Assembly (NCBI GenBank): GCA_025201805.1
Contig: MU619327.1
Location: forward strand, 94,932-133,521
DNA length: 38,590 nt
DNA from: Parasitella parasitica NRRL 2501
Taxonomy: Eukaryota > Fungi > Mucoromycota
Direction: 5' to 3'
In this document: positions 34,206 through 38,590 of the stretch, in pieces
Numbering within the stretch: the stretch's first letter is position 1
Layout of the letters: the number at the start of each line of letters is the position of its first letter
Notes under the pieces: model-generated
Told to the model about the DNA's origin: nothing
The model's database searches: none
The model's input: only the letters and a program-made list of their open reading frames with translations
Translations under genes and position numbers: made by a program

Positions 34206-35551
34206 TTAGTCGGAACGAAGAGTTTCCAAGAACTTCTTAGAAGCGACAGTCTTGGGGTTACGCTTCTTTTGAACCTTGGCGACCTTACCAGCGGCAACCT
34301 TCTCGGCGTTGACGAGTTCAGCACGACGGAGAACTTGAGCATAAGGGTTAAGGCGGTTCATGACACCTTGGTTCTTGAGAGGGTTCTTCTTTTGAGTGAA
34401 GGGACGCTTGTGGTGCTTGTTACCAGCGGGACGAACAACGGATTGGATTTCATCAGAGTTGATGAGACGAGCAACATCAGGGTTGGTCATGATGTGAGCA
34501 GGCAAGACGTAGTCCTTCTTCAAGGTAGCGGGGGTTTCATAGGTACCGTAGAGCTCATCGAGGAGAGCAATAGCGGATTGAGTCCAAATGATGAAACGAC
34601 CGAGATGTCCACCAGGAGCGAGTTGCAAGAGGTTAAGACGGCGGACGTTGACGAGCTCAAGACCGGGCAAGTTACGGAAAGCCTTGACAAGACCGTTGTC
34701 TTCATTGTAGATGACAAGAGGACCACGACGTTGTCTGTGACGACGGTTACGGAGCTTACCTTGACCGGCACGGAGTTTGCGAGAGTTGGAGACCTTGACA
34801 ACATCAGAGTAGGCGTTGATAGCCTTCAACAAAGCAACAGCTTCCTTGGTCTTGGTCAACTTCTCGATGGAGTCGGAAACAACGAGAGGGACTTCCTCGA
34901 TTTTCTCAACACGGTGACCACGAGCCATAACCAAAGAGGGAAGGGCAGAAGCAGCCAAAGCGGAAGCAGTAGCAAAGCGCTTTTGGTTGAGGTTAGTCTT
35001 AATGTGCCACTTTCTCCAGGTCTTGGTAGGAGCGAACATACGACCACCACGACACATGTTACCGAAAGCAGCTTGACCAGCACGGTGAGTACCGGAACCA
35101 TTGACACGAGGAATACGAGCAACAGCACGACCAGTACCCCAAGACTCGGCAGAGGTTTGCTCACCAGCCTTGTCAGAGACAGCATAAGCTTGACGCTTGT
35201 TCTTGGCCATGTTGGTGTGGACAAAGTTGACAATGTCAGGACGAATGGGGGCCTTGAAAACGGCAGGAAGAGGGACGGTAGAAGCGACGTTCTTACCACA
35301 CTCGGTATAGACGTTGAGAACAGGTCTGGCAGCGGACTAATTTCAAGAATCAAACAGTTAGTAAACAATATTATGTGCACACAAAAAAAAGAGAAGGATA
35401 CAAGGCTGAAATTAGACCATCCATCCATACTGATGTACTGTCCATTTACGGCGGAAAATTACCATCGATCTAGACATTCATCAACGTATCGACCTATGAA
35501 TTATATATTTTCGACATTGTATCCTTCTCTTTCAGAGATCAACTATACCAT
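34206..35551 (-). CDS. RPL4: 60S ribosomal protein L4 (uL4); ATG-only exon 1, intron 35337-35548
   Basis: ATG|GTATAG...TACTAAC...TTAG|SAARPV; [45 protein letters not shown]; strong codon bias. Confidence 0.97.
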
Positions 35552-36289
35552 TTGAGAGTTCGAGCAAAAAAAGAGGAGGAATCAAAGGTTTGTGCATTTG
35601 CAAATGGATTATAGAATTCCTTCAAGCGGTGACCGGACTGACCGAACACTGGATAGAAGCACCGCAACTACAAATAAGGCCATCGCCACTATGATAATGT
35701 TACCCCTTCTTTTTCCTTGTCTCGTCAACCACTCCTAGAAAGAAGATAGTCGAAAGAATCACTGTCTATTGTCACTCAAAGATGTGTAAAAAGATTTAGG
35801 ATAGGAATCGGGCAGCGTAGGAGAGGAAAATCTGTAATTAAATAGATTGTGAATTCGTTCGAGGCGGTTGCTGTAACTTGCACAAGCTACTAGAAGCAAG
35901 ATTCTTATTTCCATGTGCAGTTTGAACGAATGAATGATATTTTAGCCAAATGATTAAGATATAGAGTACTAGAAAATAATTAGTTGCTTCAGTCAGCCTA
36001 GTTCTTTCATATTCTGTGAATGAATGCTGTCTCTGACTGCACATGAGTTTTACTAGTACTCAAATTTTTAATGGTACAGCCGAAACAGCGGTACATCTGA
36101 AAGGGGAGTCTACAGGTATCACTATTTTACATAATAACGAGCTGTATCACACCGCCACGTTCGGTTAAATTTTCACCTTCGCTTCGCTACGGTAAATTTA
36201 CCCTTCACTAAAGCGGTGTACAGCTCGTGCTGCCGCAGGCCTGTTTTACCATTGAAATAAAGTGCTTATAATTTGAATTTTATTTGTTC

Positions 36290-38590
36290 TTATGCATTGT
36301 AGAAAACTTCTTGATAAACGATATTGTGAGTATATGACCCAGTATGATTGTCTATTCGGGATATATCATCAGAGATCATTACTTTGATAGAAGTTGGCGT
36401 CCTCACACGCGATAATGCGACATACAGTTGACCGTGACCAAATAAATGGCCTGGCAGGTACAAACCAACAGAATTTAGCGTTTGCCCTTGCGACTTGTTG
36501 ATGGTCATCGCAAATGCCAGTCTTACGGGAAACTGGATTCGTTGAAAATCAAAAGGTGAGAGGCCTTCAGTGGCAAGAGAAATGAATTTGATTTTAGGGA
36601 TAAGAACAATGTTGCCAGCATTGGGCCCAGTAGCAATGATTGCTTCGATGACATTCGTCATGAGAGAGTTGACGATTAATCTCGTACCATTACAGATGCC
36701 AGCCGCAGGATCAATATTTCTGATTGCCATAATTGGAGCACCAATTTTCAAATCAAGAATATGAGGAGGCAAAGACCCATTTTCGATGGTGTTAAGCATC
36801 TCAACCGGCATTGTCAATTGAGATTCATCTTCGCAGGCTTGATCACTACTGACGTACGACATTTTGCGCCCTTCAATACACTCCAAGAGTATATCGTTTA
36901 TCACCTTGACATCTCTGTTTTTTGCAGTCAAGATAGCCCTCCCAGCAAAGTAATTAAGACTGTTGGCCGCAGTCGCAATATCAAAGAATATGCTTCTTAT
37001 CAAATTAATCAAATTATCTCCAGGTATGAGCATCTCCTCAGGAATTTGGATAAAATCTGTAGGTATGTCTCTGGGCAGAGTAATTGTAGGAACAGTACCT
37101 TGACCAACCTGAAGTAGATAATCAGCGAACTGTTGAAGTTCATTGGCAAGACCTGGATTGTCAGTTTGAAGAGCCTGTTGAACTCTCATGTTTGTGTGCA
37201 ATTTCATTGAGACCACCAATGGCCAAAAGCATGCTTTGTTCAAGCACTGGCCGACAATAACCGATCTGCTGGCACCACGGATTATCGGTAAAATCTGACG
37301 AAAATCTCCACCAAAAACCATGAGAAGGCCACCAAAAGGGAGATCAGCATTCATTATATCACGAAATGAGCGATCAACTGTTGCTATCAAGTCCTTGCTA
37401 ATCATTGAACATTCATCCCAAACAATAATTTTTGCTCTTTGGATAAATGATGCTATATTAGAGCGGGGCGAAATGTCGCACATGCTAGTATTGCCTACTT
37501 CTAAAGGTATCTTGAAGGTAGAGTGAGCAGTACGTCCGCCTTTGAGCAACAATGCAGCAGTTCCACTTGATGCCACAGCAATTGCAATATGACCTTCTCG
37601 TCTCACACGATTAAGAAGTGCATTAAACACAAATGTCTTACCAGTACCACCTGGACCATCAACGAAGAAAATGCGGGATCCTTGGGGATTTTCGAGAAAA
37701 GCAGATGCTTTAATAGCATCATAAACTAAAGCTTGGCTTTCATTGAAAGGCAAAAGATCAGGATCAGATGCATCTAATGATTCAGCATACAGCAGACTAT
37801 GCATTCTCTCATAAGTGTTGGAGTGGTTTGTGGTTCTATCGGTTCGGGTATCAGTATTGGGAAATACGCTGCTGAACCCTTCCATTGACTTCAAATCATA
37901 ACAATGGTCTGCCAAGATATCATTTAAGTCCAAGAGACAGTGCTCATACATTTCAGTAGAAATTTCGAAGCGAAGCTCTTGCACATTTCTTGGATCTCGT
38001 TGATACGCAAAGAGATAATCCTCAGCCATACTTTCTTTATGATCCAACCATAATTGATATGGATCAGTTACACCACTGAATGCGATCAGAATGCAGAATA
38101 GCTTTCTCAAAGAAGCTGGAGTTTGCGACAAAGACGCCTCAGTCATAGCTGCAGACCATTCAGTATCATCTGCCAAAAGCCCTAGAGCGCGTGCGGCAGC
38201 TTGAAAAGTGGGATGCAACTGACCATTAATGATGCGAAGATCTGTAAACGACTTAGCACCAGGAACATGCAAGAGTAAGAGCCGAAGATGGTATTTTTCA
38301 ATATCTCTTGGCGAAACGGTATACATGCGGCCAATAGTACCTCCAAAGCCACTCTGTCTTGGTTTCCAATAGCGCTGTCTTGGAGGAGTCTTGTGAAAAG
38401 TATAATGCTCGCAAAAGTTGATGTATAGGGTTGCCATTGCTTGTTCATCAGTTGATGTATAGGGTTGCCATTGCTTGTTCATCAGTTGGGTTTTCCAAAT
38501 TGTATGTAAACCAAGCCTCCAAGGTGCTCGCAGGCATATTACGACGTAAAACGTCTGCAGGGCGGTCATTCTCGTTATAGCAAATAACAC
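36290..38590 (-). pseudogene. Helitron Rep-helicase, PIF1 helicase portion, frameshifted by a 34-bp duplication near 38450
   Basis: IGRMY, YHLRLLL, DGPGGTGKT, WDECSM, GGDFRQILP, AMTINKSQGQTL, HGQLYVALSRV. The likely true upstream frame (STLEAWFTYN...ATLYIN) ends at TGA 38448-38450. Confidence 0.85.
38416..38488. repeat. Perfect 34-bp tandem duplication with 5-bp microhomology
   Basis: GTTGATGTATAGGGTTGCCATTGCTTGTTCATCA twice (38417-38450, 38451-38484), bounded by AGTTG. Confidence 0.95.

Larger units (their letters stand above)
36053..38590 (-). mobile_element. Helitron, 3' portion
   Basis: PIF1-type helicase ORF; canonical 3' end on the minus strand: hairpin GTACCGCTGTTTCGGCTGTAC (36074-36094), 17 nt, then CTAG followed by host T. 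Confidence 0.88.

Noticed and set aside
35400-35520. Canonical C/D or H/ACA snoRNA call in the RPL4 intron
   Set aside because: No CTGA box D after TTGATGA and no clear ANANNA hinge; kept only as an unexplained structure.
34269-35555. 428-aa plus-strand ORF antisense to RPL4
   Set aside because: Shadow ORF caused by strong codon bias on the sense strand; no recognisable motifs.

Overview
AT-rich, intron-containing eukaryotic DNA with short GT-AG introns (mostly ~50-90 nt). Gene and transposon style suggest a Mucorales-type fungus (inference). Host genes, in order: tRNA-Asp(GTC), Zta1-like quinone oxidoreductase, a cationic secreted protein, ribokinase, two convergent paralogous small single-pass membrane proteins, proteasome alpha-6 (PRE5), a candidate 50-aa C2HC microprotein missed by the ORF track, pyruvate decarboxylase, an old yellow enzyme, a TMX2-like protein with a GC-AG intron, a homeodomain protein, tricalbin, a Cof-type HAD hydrolase and RPL4. 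Mobile DNA: a probable LINE ORF1 head-to-head immediately upstream of the tRNA, an intact long-TIR Tc1-like DD34E element, a second DD34E element within a cluster of its own TIR copies, and the 3' half of a Helitron whose Rep-helicase is split by a perfect 34-bp duplication. Best leads: a possible tRNA-gene-targeting retrotransposon with a 5' B-box and a CTG start, and a 16-bp stem folding the long RPL4 intron (possible splicing autoregulation). All calls come from reading the sequence; no searches were run.
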